A stretch of 64,000 bases of DNA, taken from Raillietiella orientalis (Eukaryota). The DNA is taken from NCBI GenBank assembly GCA_036172245.1, contig JAYWIR010000006.1:1612001-1676000 (forward strand), given 5' to 3'. The first letter of the stretch is position 1, and every line of letters starts with the position of its first letter. Under the pieces are notes generated by a model. The model was not told the origin of the DNA. It saw nothing but the letters and a program-made list of their open reading frames with translations, and did not search any database. The translations under genes were made by a program, and so were the position numbers. This document shows positions 22,700 to 34,539 of this stretch, in pieces.

Positions 22700-23830
22700 A
22701 AAAATGGAAGACCGAAAGAAGGGAAAAGCGAAGAAGCCGCAGCGAGCTCGCCTTCCTCGCAGTTTTACCCGGAAAAGATCCCCCCCTGTCTCCGGTTCTC
22801 TCCCCGCAGATGGGGAGCGCCGAGCTGGGCGGGCCAGGGTGTGACCTCCGAAGGCAGGAGGGAGCGCGCCACGAGAGCGCCTGGCAGCCGAGCTAAGCAG
22901 ATGGCTGCTGCCAAAAGCAAGCAAACCGGCAAGGAAGAAGGGGCGCAAGGAGAGGAGGGGGAAGAAAGAAAGGGAAAGCGGTGCCGGAGTCCCCGCCCTC
23001 GAACCACGCTTTGCGGGCAGGCGGCCCCGTCAACCACAGCTGGCTGCGAGCGCGCGAGTATGCTCCGGGATCACCGAAGCTGCGGAAGAGGCAGTTTCGC
23101 AACCTCCAGGTGTTCGCGAGCCCCCGCGGAAAGCTCTGGACCAAGTTTTTCAGAGATCCCGCGGAGGAGCGTCGTGTGAGGAAACCGGGAGGAGGAGAAA
23201 AAAAAAAAAAAAGGTTCGCGCCGAGCTGCCGCGCACTTGCGGGCTCATCAGGGCGGAGATGGATGGCTGCCTTGGACGGTCCCGCTTTCGTTACTTCCTC
23301 GTCCCGGGGCGGGCGTCCTCCGCAGCCGAGCGCCCTCTCGTCGCTCCGTTAATTAAAAATGATCCCAGGGCGTCAGAGAGACGCGCTCGCGCTTTTCGAA
23401 GAAACCCGGGTGCGCGGAGCCGAGCACCCGGGAGCAGCAGCAATCCTTCCGGGAGCTTCTCGCCACGCGGTCTCGGGTGCCGCCGCTGCTCCTCCGCCCG
23501 CATCCACCTCGCCCTGCAGCGGAACCCGCAGCGACTCCAGGAGAAACGCCCTCCTTCCCAGACCGAGGGGACGGGACGATGCGCACCGCTGGGGAGAGGG
23601 AGGGGGCGGATGCCTGGCAGCAGCCGCCATCACCGTCGCCGCCGCGCATGAAGACGCCAGGAGAACTCTGCGTCTCTTTTGCCGACTGTTTCATCCGAAC
23701 GACCCGTTCCTCTTCAAGGTCCAGGAAGGCCGCGAGAGGGCCTTCCGTCTTCCTGGGAGCAGCTGCCGTCAGGAGCGATTGGGAAAGTCAGGAAAGCTTC
23801 CGCTCTCGCTAACGATTCGAGCGCACCTCC
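22700..23830 (+). pseudogene. Best-preserved fused histone quadruplet H2B-H2A-H3-H4 (frameshifted, internal deletions)
   Basis: PGSRAKQMAAAKSKQTGK ~ H2B PGELAKHAVSEGTKAVTK; RAG-GPVNHSWLRAREYA ~ H2A; GGEKKKKRFAPSCRAL, QPSALSSLR and LFEETRVRGAEHPGAAAILP ~ H3; HEDARRTLRLF ~ H4 YEETRGVLKVF. Confidence 0.75.
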
Positions 23831-23849
23831 GATCCCCGAGGGCGATCTC

Positions 23850-26800
23850 CGCCGACTGACCTTCGCGGACCGACAGGAAGGTCGGAAAGGACAGTCTTCC
23901 TATGCCTCTCTCAGTCCCCTTTCTTTCACCCTCGAGAAGCGCGGTCACCCCGTGGATTCTGGACATTTCGGATCCACTTGCCAGCACCTCCAGCCTCCCG
24001 CGGAAACGCCGCGCGCGCTTCGCAGCCTCCTTCGTTTGCGGCCTCCTCGGTTCACCTCCGATGCCCTCCCTCCCCGCCTCCTCGACCGCCGCTTCTTCTT
24101 CCGCCTGCTGCGCCTCTCCTCGCGCATTTCCGCCTTCTCCTCTTCCTCCTCCTCTTCGCTCCTCAGCCTTCTCCTCCCCCCTCCCCACAAACGCACATGT
24201 CCGTTCGCGTGCCCTTCCTCTGAGCAACGAGCTGCCGCTCCATTCCCCCGTCTGCCTGGCAAGGACACGCGGGAGAGAAGCACTGCGGAGGAAGGATGGC
24301 GCAGAACAAGCTCGCAGTAACAGCTGGTCGTCGTCCGGGAGACCGAGGGATCGGGGAAGGTGGAAGGGCATACGAGACGCCCCTCCCATGGGATCTGCTC
24401 ATCGGCGGCTGCTCGTTCTTCCTCTCTTTCTGCCTCCCTCCCGGAATGGTTGTAAGGACCCTCTCCCTCCCTTCGCGTTCAACCGTTTTCCCTTTTTTCC
24501 TCCCAGAGATTCCCTGCCCGCAAAATTCCCCGTTCTTCCCTTCCTTCGTTACCCCCAATCCTGCGGGCCGAAGAGGCATTTCCGCCCCCACCCACCATCT
24601 CCTCCGCCGCCTCCGCTCTGGGCTGCCGGACCTCCCCCGCCGTCTTTCGTCCACTTTCCTTCCCTTCCTCCACGTCCTTCTTCTGCACTCCAGGAGAAGG
24701 AGGAGGAACGAGCGAGCAAAGGGATGAGTGTCGCCTAGATCCCGGAAGAAAGGAAAAGTCGCGCCTCTCCCCGGCCTGGGACGAAAAAGATTCCTCCTGT
24801 CCGCCCCTTTCCCCTTCTCCTCCGAAGGACGGACCTCTGCACTTTGCTTCCGCTCCCGTTCGCTCACAACCCTTCGACCGCCCCGGTTCCTCCTCCTCTC
24901 TCCCCACAGATGCGAAGTTTCCAGGCAGCGAGCAAGCATTGCATTTTTCCTGTCCACCGTCCAGCAACCTGCAAGCTGGTATAAGGGACAGATTATCCCG
25001 TTCGGTTCTGGAAACTCCAGGAGGAAAGCAAAGCGACAGTTACGGCTCGCGCGCTCGTCGCACGCCTGCGTGCGACGCACCCACCGGCTCACGCACATAC
25101 ACAAGGTTGCGCGCGCACGCTCCTTCCCTCCGGCGGAGGGAGTGGAGGCGGCCGGCTAGACAAGCGTGATGACGTCACAGTTCAGAAGAGGGGTGGCTCG
25201 CACTCGGCGGTGCTCCCTCTGCTCTCCTTCTCCTCCTCCGGGCCGCGCACCGGTTGGCGCTGCTCCAGAATTCTTCAGAAGTCCTCGGGGCAGTGAAGGA
25301 GCGCGCGACCTCTGGTGGGCGTGGAACGGCCTTGTATCAGCTTGCTGTCCCCCCCCCCCGTTCCCTCTTTCCTGCCGACTCCCTCCTGGACTTTCAAACG
25401 ACTGCGACCCCGCGTGTACCGAGAGGGAATTCTCGCAACCTTCACCTCGGGGAACGAGGCGGAGGGGGGCGATAAGCAATCCGCCTAGGAGGGAGGATGC
25501 TGCGTCTGGAGGAAGAGGGAAGGTGGGGGAAGATGAAGAAACAAGGAAGAGATGAGGAGAGAGCAGCGAGGAGGAAAGGGGTGAGAGAAAGGGAAAGGAA
25601 GGGAAGCAGGGCAGAGCGATGGGAAGTTCCACTGGACAGTCCAGTAGGGGGTCGAGACCACCGCCCTTCCCCCTGCCACCCTCGCATGGCAGGCGAAGGA
25701 GATCTCTTTCGGTCGCTCGCGAGTCTCGCTCTTGTCCTGTCCCCCTTACAAGCCGTTCCAAAGGAACGCTTTCCGTGGATACAACGCTCTCTAGCGGCCT
25801 GATACAGGGTGGCGCGCAGGCGGGTCTCGAGGGGTAACCGCTCGTGTCTCACGGGTGCGTTCGCACCTCCCCACGAGGCTACGCCCCTAGGCGTTGGGTG
25901 AAACGCGCCTCCTTTCTCGCCCTGCGCCAGGTTCCTTCGAGTTGCCTCCTCGGACACGGTGGCTGAGCGTTGAGGGGAGGATAGTCTGCGTACGAAGGGC
26001 GCATCCCCACCTCAGGAGGAGGAAGGAGTTGCAGAAGGAACGCACTCGGGGGCGCATCTTGGACCTGAGCTCGCGGCGAAGGTCCTCGGGTCATTTGTCA
26101 AAGAACTCCTTCTGGAAGGACCTGTGACTTGGGAGCACATGTTCCAGGAAGAGGCTGCAAGCCATCTGAGGGCGAGCCTTTTTCCCCATTCTCTTGGTCA
26201 AGGCCAAGACGGGCTACGGGAGGGCATGGACGAGAGGCAATACCTCCAGTGGAAGGCGTACGGGACTAGCAAGAAGCTGTCGGCTGCTCTCCTTGCTCCT
26301 CTTTCATGGACCTCTTCTTCGTCTCATCATTTCTCTCCCATCCTCTTCCTATTCGTCTTCTTTCTCCCCCCCCCCCCGATTCTCTCCTCCATCTCCTCCA
26401 TCTTTCTGCCTTCTCACTTTCTTCCTTCGACCAGCTCTAACACGCCCTGTCTCCCTCTCCCCATCGTCTTCTGCACTTCCTCCAGTGCATCCACTTCTAT
26501 CTCTCTTTTGTTTTCCTTCTTGTGCACCTCCTGTTTTCCTTGCTCCATCTCCTTCGCTTCCTCCTTCTGATAACCGTCATCATCATCATGATCCTTTTCT
26601 TTTTCCCCTTCTTCCTTTTGTTTTTACTCTTCATCCCTCTTCTTGGAGAAGAAGGAGTAGGGATTGTTATTCGAGATGAAGAAGCAGAAGAATAAGAACA
26701 AGAACTAGAGAAACGGAACTAGATTCGTCTCCTCTGTGTTCGGTTTCTTCCTGAGAGCGCGGCAGCCACGGTGACAGAATCAGACGGAGTATTCCTTCTT

Positions 26801-27300
26801 CTGTTTTTTCCTTCCCTTCTTCCCCTTCCTCTTCGCTCTCCATTGGCCTGCCCCTAGGCTGTTGGACTCCATGGTTGCTGTGCGCTGTTTTCGGGTCTTC
26901 CAGGAAGAGGCCGCGCCCGTTCCGATTCTCCCAAGAGGCATCCGGGACTACTTCTTCCACGCCGTTGTCCTGCCCCTCAGAACAACGAAAAAGAAGGAGA
27001 CGAGGAGAGAGGAGGGAAAACGCAGGAGAGCCCCTTTTCTGCCTAGCAGACTCCACTTTCGCGCTCCCTCCGTAGTACTACGCTCTTCCCGCGCCTCCGC
27101 GGATTCGCGTCTGAAGCACGTAGGGAGCGGACGCGGCGGGCTGAAGAGGACGTTCGCACCACCAGCAGCAGGTCCACTGCTGGAGCAGAGATGAAAAAAG
27201 CAGCCCCTCGTCTGCACGGGGGAGGGAGAAGGTCTTCTGGATCCTCTAAGAGCCGACGACTGTCGCTGATGGGCCTTCCCGATTGGAGGATCGACTCGCC
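23850..27300 (-). pseudogene. Decayed array H2B-H2A-H3-H4-H2B-H2A-H3
   Basis: CFRRESAEARE (H2B); WLAA.LEHV (H2A); RLPLETRLR and CIHGKR..KGD..ARL (H3); LLKNSG (H4); ETSHL..VVSERE (H2B); LPRSLGLPDDDQL (H2A); KRARRFRG..EMSRIHGVTALL (H3). Confidence 0.7.
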
Positions 27301-27344
27301 ATTCCCTGCGGGCACCCAGTTGCGGGCCGTAGTAACTGAGGTCT

Positions 27345-27790
27345 CCGCGCGTGGATGATCTGGTTGGCCCACGGACTTCGGGCGAGGCACCCGTGGAAGA
27401 CGGAAACTCGTGGACGACCCTGCTGACTGGCAGGGACTGGAAGTCGACCCTTCGGGGTCCTTCCAGGGGTCAAGGAGCCCTTCGGGGTTTCAATCCGATT
27501 GTGAAAATGGGGCCGCCATCACATTCCATAGGGCTGGTTTATACCCTTCTCAACGGGGGGGTTGCCTCTCCAGAGTGTCAAGAAGTTTCGGGGGGCACCC
27601 TTCTGAGAAATCCGGGAGCGTCCCTTCCAGGTTCTCCTCACAAGCGTAACAGGAGCGGACCCCTCCTTCCGAAACCCTTCCTGGATTCATGGGTGGTCCC
27701 TATGGGATTACCTCCTATAAATTGAAGAGTGACACGCACCCTCGGGTGGGCGGTGTCCAAGAGCTCCGTGAGTCCCTAGGCGAGCGGCTC
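27345..27790 (+). mobile_element. SINE-like repeat copy 3 (tRNA head missing)
   Basis: Aligns to copies 1 and 2 from CTGGTTGGCCCACGG through GCACCCTCGGGTGG; contains the hairpin GACCC-TTCG-GGGTC (27446-27459). Confidence 0.75.
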
Positions 27791-27879
27791 CTGAGTCCCG
27801 AGGGAACCAAAAGGAGCAAACTCGCTCCCCGCGCGAGCCTGGGCCACAGCTCGCGGCCCGAAGTGGGAGCGATTTCACC

Positions 27880-30800
27880 GAGACGCCGGGAGGAGCAGTC
27901 CCGGATGCGAGCGGGGTGAGGCTCCATTGCTCGCCTCCGTGGTCCTTTCGGACGTCGAGGCCTCTCCCTCCCGGACCCTGCGCGAGAGCATCTGAGCCTC
28001 CTTTTCGCGCAGCCCCTCTCCCTTCCAGGGAGGAGGTCCTTTCCCGCCGGTCTTGGGGGGAAGGCACAAAGAGGCGAACTCTGACGGACCCCGGACCCGG
28101 ACTCTGGCGTGGGGCAGCCTTGCAGCAACCCATCATGTCTGTCCCTGATGCATCCCGGGGGCGCGGTTCGAGGAGGACGTCCGCTCTTGAGCTCCACGCG
28201 CGCGGGGCCAGGAGCCATTTGTTCGCTTCTTTTTTTTCCTCCTCCTCGGTTCCGTTCCCTTCTCCATCCTCCCACCCCCTTCCGGGGGGGAGGACGGGGG
28301 CGTTTCCCGCCGGTCTTCGTGCTCCTTGCTGCCACCTCTTCCAGGAGGCGTTCTCCTTCCCTCCTCTCCAGAGTGGGTTCCCTGCCCTGGGGTCCCTGCG
28401 CCGGCAGTGCCGGGTCCAGGATTCCTCCTCGCCCTCTCCGCGCCAAGCCCGCGCGCCCTGCTCCGCCATCCCTCTCCCCTTAAGAGGATGGTTATTAAGA
28501 GCTGGAATGCTAACTGTCAACTCCGATGCACGGTCCGGCAATAAACCTAAATCATCGCACCGAGGGCTCTCCCGACATAATCGCCGAAGCCATCGGGACT
28601 TATCGAACGGCCCCATCATCTATTTGGATCAGCTGGTATCCCTTCTCTCCTTACTCCCTGAGGCTGCTGCGTCGAGAGAAGGTGGCGTCTTTTGGTATTC
28701 TCCTCCCCCTTCCTTCCCACTTCTTTTTGCGCTTTCCTCCCGGAGCTGTGCGAAGAGCGCCCCCTGCTCTTACAGAACTCCCGCTTGCCTGTGGAACGGA
28801 GTCGTCTCGGGAGGCTCCCGGGGAGCCGGCAGACCGGACGCTCCTTGGAGAGGTTGCGAGACGACCACGGCCTACCCTCTTCCTACCTCGCGCTCTCGCC
28901 GAGTTTTGGACGTGCCACCGTGAGCGAGCGAGAGAGCGAGCTCCGGCCGTGCTTGCGAGCGCGGCGTGGGCTGCTGGGACTCTCTCGCGCGTGCGGCGCT
29001 GGAAGCCGCGGGGAGCGGGGGAAGGGGAGTTCGACCTGCACCCACGTCTCGGGACCGGAGGAGAAAGGGGTGCGCAGGCGGCGAGTAAGCGGACGAACGG
29101 GTGCGCTGGAGCGCGGGAGCACGACAGGACCCGCCGGACGAGCGAGCTCGACCTCCCTCCCCAGGCTCCCGATCTGCACTCTTCTCCGTCCCCGGTCCAC
29201 TCCCTCTGCAGATCCTCATCTCGCGGCGCGACCTCTCTCGCGATTCGCATCCTCGGTAGCCATGACTACGTTCCGTCTGAGCTCGAATCCAGAGTCCGTG
29301 CTTCCCTGTCCCCTCGTGCCAGGACGCGGCGCGGGAGCAGGTGCACGCGCTCTTCTCGCGGTCACTTTCTCGGAAGGTCGCGTTGGTCTCGTCAAAGAGA
29401 AGGGCACCGTCCTCCCCCTCGTCTTTCCGGGAAGCTCCCACCTCCTCAGTGGGAATGGAGAGGACCTCGGCCGTGGAGGCTGCGGCAGCTCCTTCGTCTC
29501 GGCTCCGGTTCCAGGGCGAGCAACTTCCTTCCGTTCAGAAGGCTGCCGCGCGAAGTCCGGGGAAGCGTCCGGTTCCCAGGATTCCTTACCCGCGCTCCCC
29601 TCGCAGAACTTCCGTTGGCCGCCCTCCCCTTGCTGACCGATGCGCCCGTCCACCGGAAGTCCCTCGCGTTCCCGGCCTTGCCCGTTACCACAGTCCGCAA
29701 GTCCTCTTCCACAGCGCGGGAAAGAGGGGAGGGGGGGAGTTGTGCCAACTTGCCTCTTCCTCCCTGCACCACCTGCTCTCGCTTTCCTCCCTTCAAGGAT
29801 ACGCCAATGCTTTTCTTCTCCCCACCCACTCCCAGTGTCCCTCCCCTTTTCCTCCGACCTCCCCGCCGCGTCGGAACCCTGGTTGCGGGGTGCGAGATGG
29901 GGAAAGCAGGCAGCAGCTCTCCCCCACGGATAGGAACCGGGGGAAGCGGTGAGTCCCCGCTCCTCGCTCCCGGGGATAGCCCCTCCCTTCTCATCCCTCC
30001 CCTCCCCTCAACTCGCTTTGTGAAACGAAAGGGGTTCAATCGTTCGCCTGCCCCCCCCTTCTCCATCCCCCAGTGTTGCGGTGGATAGCGGCAGCCAAGC
30101 CGGGAGACCGACCCGTAGAGGAATGGGGGAGGCGTCGCGCGTGGCTTTTCCTCTGGGAGAGATTCCAGGGGAGAATTCCCGAAGGATTTATCTTGTCCAA
30201 TCCCCTGGTCTCCTCTCGCGCCTGCCGACCTCCCGCGACCTCTCCAGCGGCGACGGCGTCTGGTCCTCCTCGAGGACGCGCGGGGCGAAGTCCTTGCCGG
30301 CCAGCTGCTGCCCCGCGGACAAACCCGAACGAGCTCCCGGCTGCGGAGGCGGAAGGAGGAGGCGGAGGGAAGGACGCCTGAGGCGTCGGGCTCTCCGATC
30401 TCTGTCTCCCTCACCCGGCGGGGGCTGCCTGCGCAGCGCGACAGCGCGAAGATCGTGAGAGGAAAGCAAAAAAAAAAAAGTCAGCGAGGAGATCCCGAAA
30501 ATCGATGCGCGCGCTCGCGCGCGCTGGAAGAAACAACCCTCGACATGTTCCTCGAGCCTCCCCTCCCCCCTTGCAAAGGGTTGGTCCGGTCTGACCGCCG
30601 CCGTGGGCACCGCGCGTGCGCGCGCCTGCTCCTTCCCTCCCGCTTTCGGCCGTTGCTTCCTCCGTGCGTGAGCGAAAGCACGCGCGAGAGAGGCGGGAGG
30701 GAGAGGGGCAGCCTTCGAGCCTGAGGGCCGGAGGGACGGGCTGCTGCTGCCATTGCTGCTGCTTCCGGCGGTTCCCCCCCTCCTTGTGGCGCTGTGGCGA

Positions 30801-33800
30801 CCCCTCTGCTCCCCTCCCCCTTCCTCTCGCCGCGCTGATCTGAGCGAATCTTCCTGCAGCCGAACGCGGCGGGAAGGAGGAAGGAGGAGGGGGGAGAGCG
30901 AGCGAGCAAGAGAGAGCGTGGAAAGACCTCGGATTATCCGAAGGGCGGGACCTCCGCGGGAAGACGCCGGCTCGAGACGGTGGGGCGCCTCGCGTATCGC
31001 CCGCCGCTGCGCGGAGACGGAGCGGACGTTTCCAAGGTAACCTCCTCGGCGGCGTCTGCCGCGGAGAACGGCCGCGCTCTGATGAGAGTGCGGTGGAGGG
31101 ATGTTTCGCTTGTCTGAGGGGCAGTAGGGAGGCTCCCCCCCTTTCTGGCGCTGCAGCATGCCAGTTTCGCAGCAACCGCTACACCCCCGCGGGGGAGCAT
31201 TCGCTACGCGCCATGTGGGTTTACCCCCACCCCCTCCCACCGGTGCTTCCCGAGAAGGGAAAGAAACCCTTCTCCTTTTCCTTTCCTCCTCTTCCCCCTC
31301 CTTCTACCTTCCACCTCTTTTTTCTTCCTCCCTTCTCCTCCTCCTCCTCCGCAAAGGCTCATCCGCAATCGGCCCAAAACCGGCGAGAGGGTCGGTCATC
31401 TCTCACGAAAGTGAGGAGGGGGGGGGGCGAAGAGCAGCCTGCCGTCCAGCTGCGACCAGATGCGTCCATCCTCCGGGTCTCCCTGAGGGTCGGCGTCCAC
31501 GGGAACTGCTCTGCTTCCACTGCTCTTCCGGAGCAACCTCTAGGACGCAATCCGCGCGGTGACCGGCAATGCGTCCACTCTCACGCGCGGAGATGTCTCC
31601 CTCTCTCACGAGCCGTCATGGAAGCTCCCCGGAACGCGGGGAAGAGGAGGGCGGGTTACCGTGGTTACCCTCGCTGCGTAGGTGAGACGGAAGAGGCGCG
31701 GAAAGTTCCGCGCCTCCTTCCCGTCTGACCCCACCGTGGCACGAAGCGCCCATCCATCAACCGGAGATCTCCTCCTCCCATCGCTGCGCCGAGCTCGCTG
31801 CCTGAAGGGATCCGCACGCCACACCTGCAGGGACAGCCTCTCCCAGTCCCAGAGAGAGGTCTTGTGGCCTCTGCCGCACGGCGGCGCTCCGAGGCAAGGC
31901 GCTACAGACGGGGGAGACGCCCCAGGGCCCTTCCCGTCCCAAGGACTCACTGGGAAGACGGCGCTTAGCCGGAAGCTGAGCGCGGCATCCCCGCAGCTGC
32001 CGGCGTCCCGCCGCTCGTGAAGCCGCGGTGTCCCTTTTCTGGAAGAGGGACGAACGAACGTTCCTCGTGGGGACGCAGGGAAGCGTACTCCGTTCGATAG
32101 CGCTCCCGGACTCTCCCCTCTTTTCCCCATTCGCCACCGTCTCCGGCTCGTCCCTGTGGCGATGGGATGATGAGGGACCTCCTTCATCGTTCGGCAGAGG
32201 CTGCACCCGAGCGATGAGGTCAGTTTTCCCTCTCCCTTTCCCTCTCCCCTTTTTCTCCTGCTTCTGCCCTCGCTCCTTCCTTCCTCATGATAGGGAACCG
32301 GAATGCATCGAAAGCAGTCAGGGCGGCAACTCCGGGCTCGAGAGGTGTCGGTTCTTCCCCTTACCCCTTCAGATCCCAGCAGCCTCCCTTCTTAGCCGTA
32401 CCGCCCACTGGCATGTATCCTCCTTCCCTCTACTCTTCGCAATTGAGGGTGAGGATGGGGGGTTTTCTCCCCTCAAGCGGGGATCCTCGAAGTTGCTGCC
32501 GGCAGTGGGACAGTCTGGGTCCCCAGACGGAAAAGGGGAGGAGGGAGCGACCTTGCATCTCACGGATGGCGCGCCGGAGGGTGGTCTCGTCGCCTGCAGC
32601 TGCGAGTAGGGGGAGGGAGAAGGGGAGGCGCGCCGAAGCCGCCCGACTCCCGCTGACTCTCGCCGGAAGGACAGAAAAAGACTCTCATGCGCGCGTCCTG
32701 GCCGTGGTACAGGTGCGTGCCCGAGGCTTTGGATGGCTCCCGAAAGTTCCCTTTTCCTGGAGGCCGCATTCGGGGCGGCGCGCCGCCGCTCGAGGGACGG
32801 ACTGGGTAGATCCCCGGGGAAGAACGCGGGAGGAAAATAGCGGTGCCGCTGCCTCTTTTCCCGAAAGAGCGGATGCTCGAGAGGCCGCTGGGCAGATGAA
32901 CCTCCCGCGGGAGAGGACACTGCTTCTCTCCTCCACTCTTCTTCCCTTCCGCTCCGCTCCTCATGTGCCTGGAGTCCAGCCGCAGGGAAGGGAGCGGTTC
33001 CGTCGCCGTACGCGGTGAGGGTCGCTCTCATCCTTCGGGAAACTGCGAGGGAAGTGCTCGCCGGCGACCCGGCCGAGCTTCCGGGACACGCGGGTGCGTA
33101 TCTTACCGCCTTCGGCTCATTCCCGACGCCCCTTCGTTGGCCTTGGGGGAGCGAAGCGGAAGGACTGTCAGGGGCATTTTCGAAGTAACGCCCTCTCGGT
33201 CGCGAGGGACTCCGCCGATCTCTCGCGCGCATCTTCTCCTGCCTTTCGCTCTTCCCCGTTTCCACCTCTCGCATCTCACGGGGGGGGCAGGCGCCAACCA
33301 GGAACCAACGCCGGGAAAAGAGGAGGGCACCTTCTCGTCCCTTCCCCTCCCCGATGGATTTGCTACCGGTAGGAGCGACATACAGGCTCGCCCTCGTCGC
33401 TTTGCCACAGGCCGCCGGGAGGTGACGGCGAGCACGGAAAGGTCGATCCAAGAGAGTGACCGGGAGCATCTCGGCGGGCGAAGAGACACCTGAGGTGGTG
33501 CGCGGACGCCCTCCTTCAGCCGCACGCAGATGTCCTCTCTGGACCTGCATTCTCGTTCTCCTTCTTATTGTCCTCGGGAACTCCCTGGAAGTCTCCTTGA
33601 AAGGTTTGGTTCCCGGAGCGTCTGCCGTTCTCGGAGGGAAGTGGGCGAGAGCCGCCAAGGGGAGGGGGGGTCCCTCGCCTTCCTCTCAGAGATTCGGGAA
33701 AGGGGGTCCTTGCGAAAACCCCCGACACTTGGGATGGCGGAACCGGCAGTGGCGTCATTCCCGGAAGGATGGCGTCAAAGACGCTTCGTCTCGGATTGCC

Positions 33801-34300
33801 CGTCCTCCTCCGCCAGAGCATATCCCGCTCAGCGCTCAGGAGCACCAGGGATCCGCGAAGGGTGGGTGGGGGCAGTGGCGGGAGCAGCACCACGAAGAGG
33901 AATTCTTCGGCGCCGCGTATGAGGCGCGAGTGCCCTTCGGCAGGTTCGCTGCGGCGCCACCCCCGTTCCCCCACCCTCCTCCGTCCCGCCACCTCACCAC
34001 CAACCCCACTCGTCCCGGAGTTCGAATTCATCCCTCGGAGAGAGTTCCGAGGAAGAGGATCTGGAAGTGGAAGGATGTTTTCCGCACTTCTGGCTTTCCT
34101 TGACTCGCGGGGACTGCGATCTTCTAAGAGTTCCGTGGGTATCGAAAGGGGCGACAGGTTATGCCTGCGACCTCATCCTTCGGGTCCCCCCCGTCCGCCT
34201 GCCTCACTTTCCGGAGCGGGTCCAACGGGATGCAGGCCCTGAAGGTCCTTGCCTTCGGCGTCCTTTCCTCTTGCGCTTCCGAGAAGCCAGGAATCGCAGG
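27880..34300 (-). pseudogene. Decayed fused-histone array, about 4 units
   Basis: In order on the minus strand: RTFRACI..LRKV (H2B); PGTKPFKETSR (H3); RRCAREIGGVPR (H4); LPREVHLPSGLSS (H2B); QSAAVL..GYLG and ALRIIRG (H3); FAHARRK (H4); SFRLRSRELVRVCP (H2B); RPRSSPFPLRRWEL..GRTV (H2A); RIAREVAPRDEDL (H3); GRKRV (H4); EESWTRH and SVRVRLFVP (H2B, H2A). Confidence 0.7.
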
Positions 34301-34539
34301 GCGGTTGCTGCTGCTACTGCGCAACGCGGCGAGTCATATTCTCGGGCGCGGAACCACCCACCGCCGCTGCTGCAGCAGTACCAGTAGTCTGGCTCTCGGG
34401 AGAGAGTCCAGAGAGGGGAACGGAGGGAAAGGAGGGAAGAAGCGTGAAAGAGCCCGGTTTCGGGAGCGGGGACCACCCTTCGCCCGACGTGTGGTCGCGG
34501 GAAGCGAATCGTTGAGCCTATAGCTTCGCTTTTTTCTCC

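Noticed and set aside
28526..30088. Longest ORF (520 aa) and other long R/S/P/G-rich ORFs as genes
   Set aside because: Low-complexity translation typical of GC-rich shadow frames; it is antisense to the histone-like segments.
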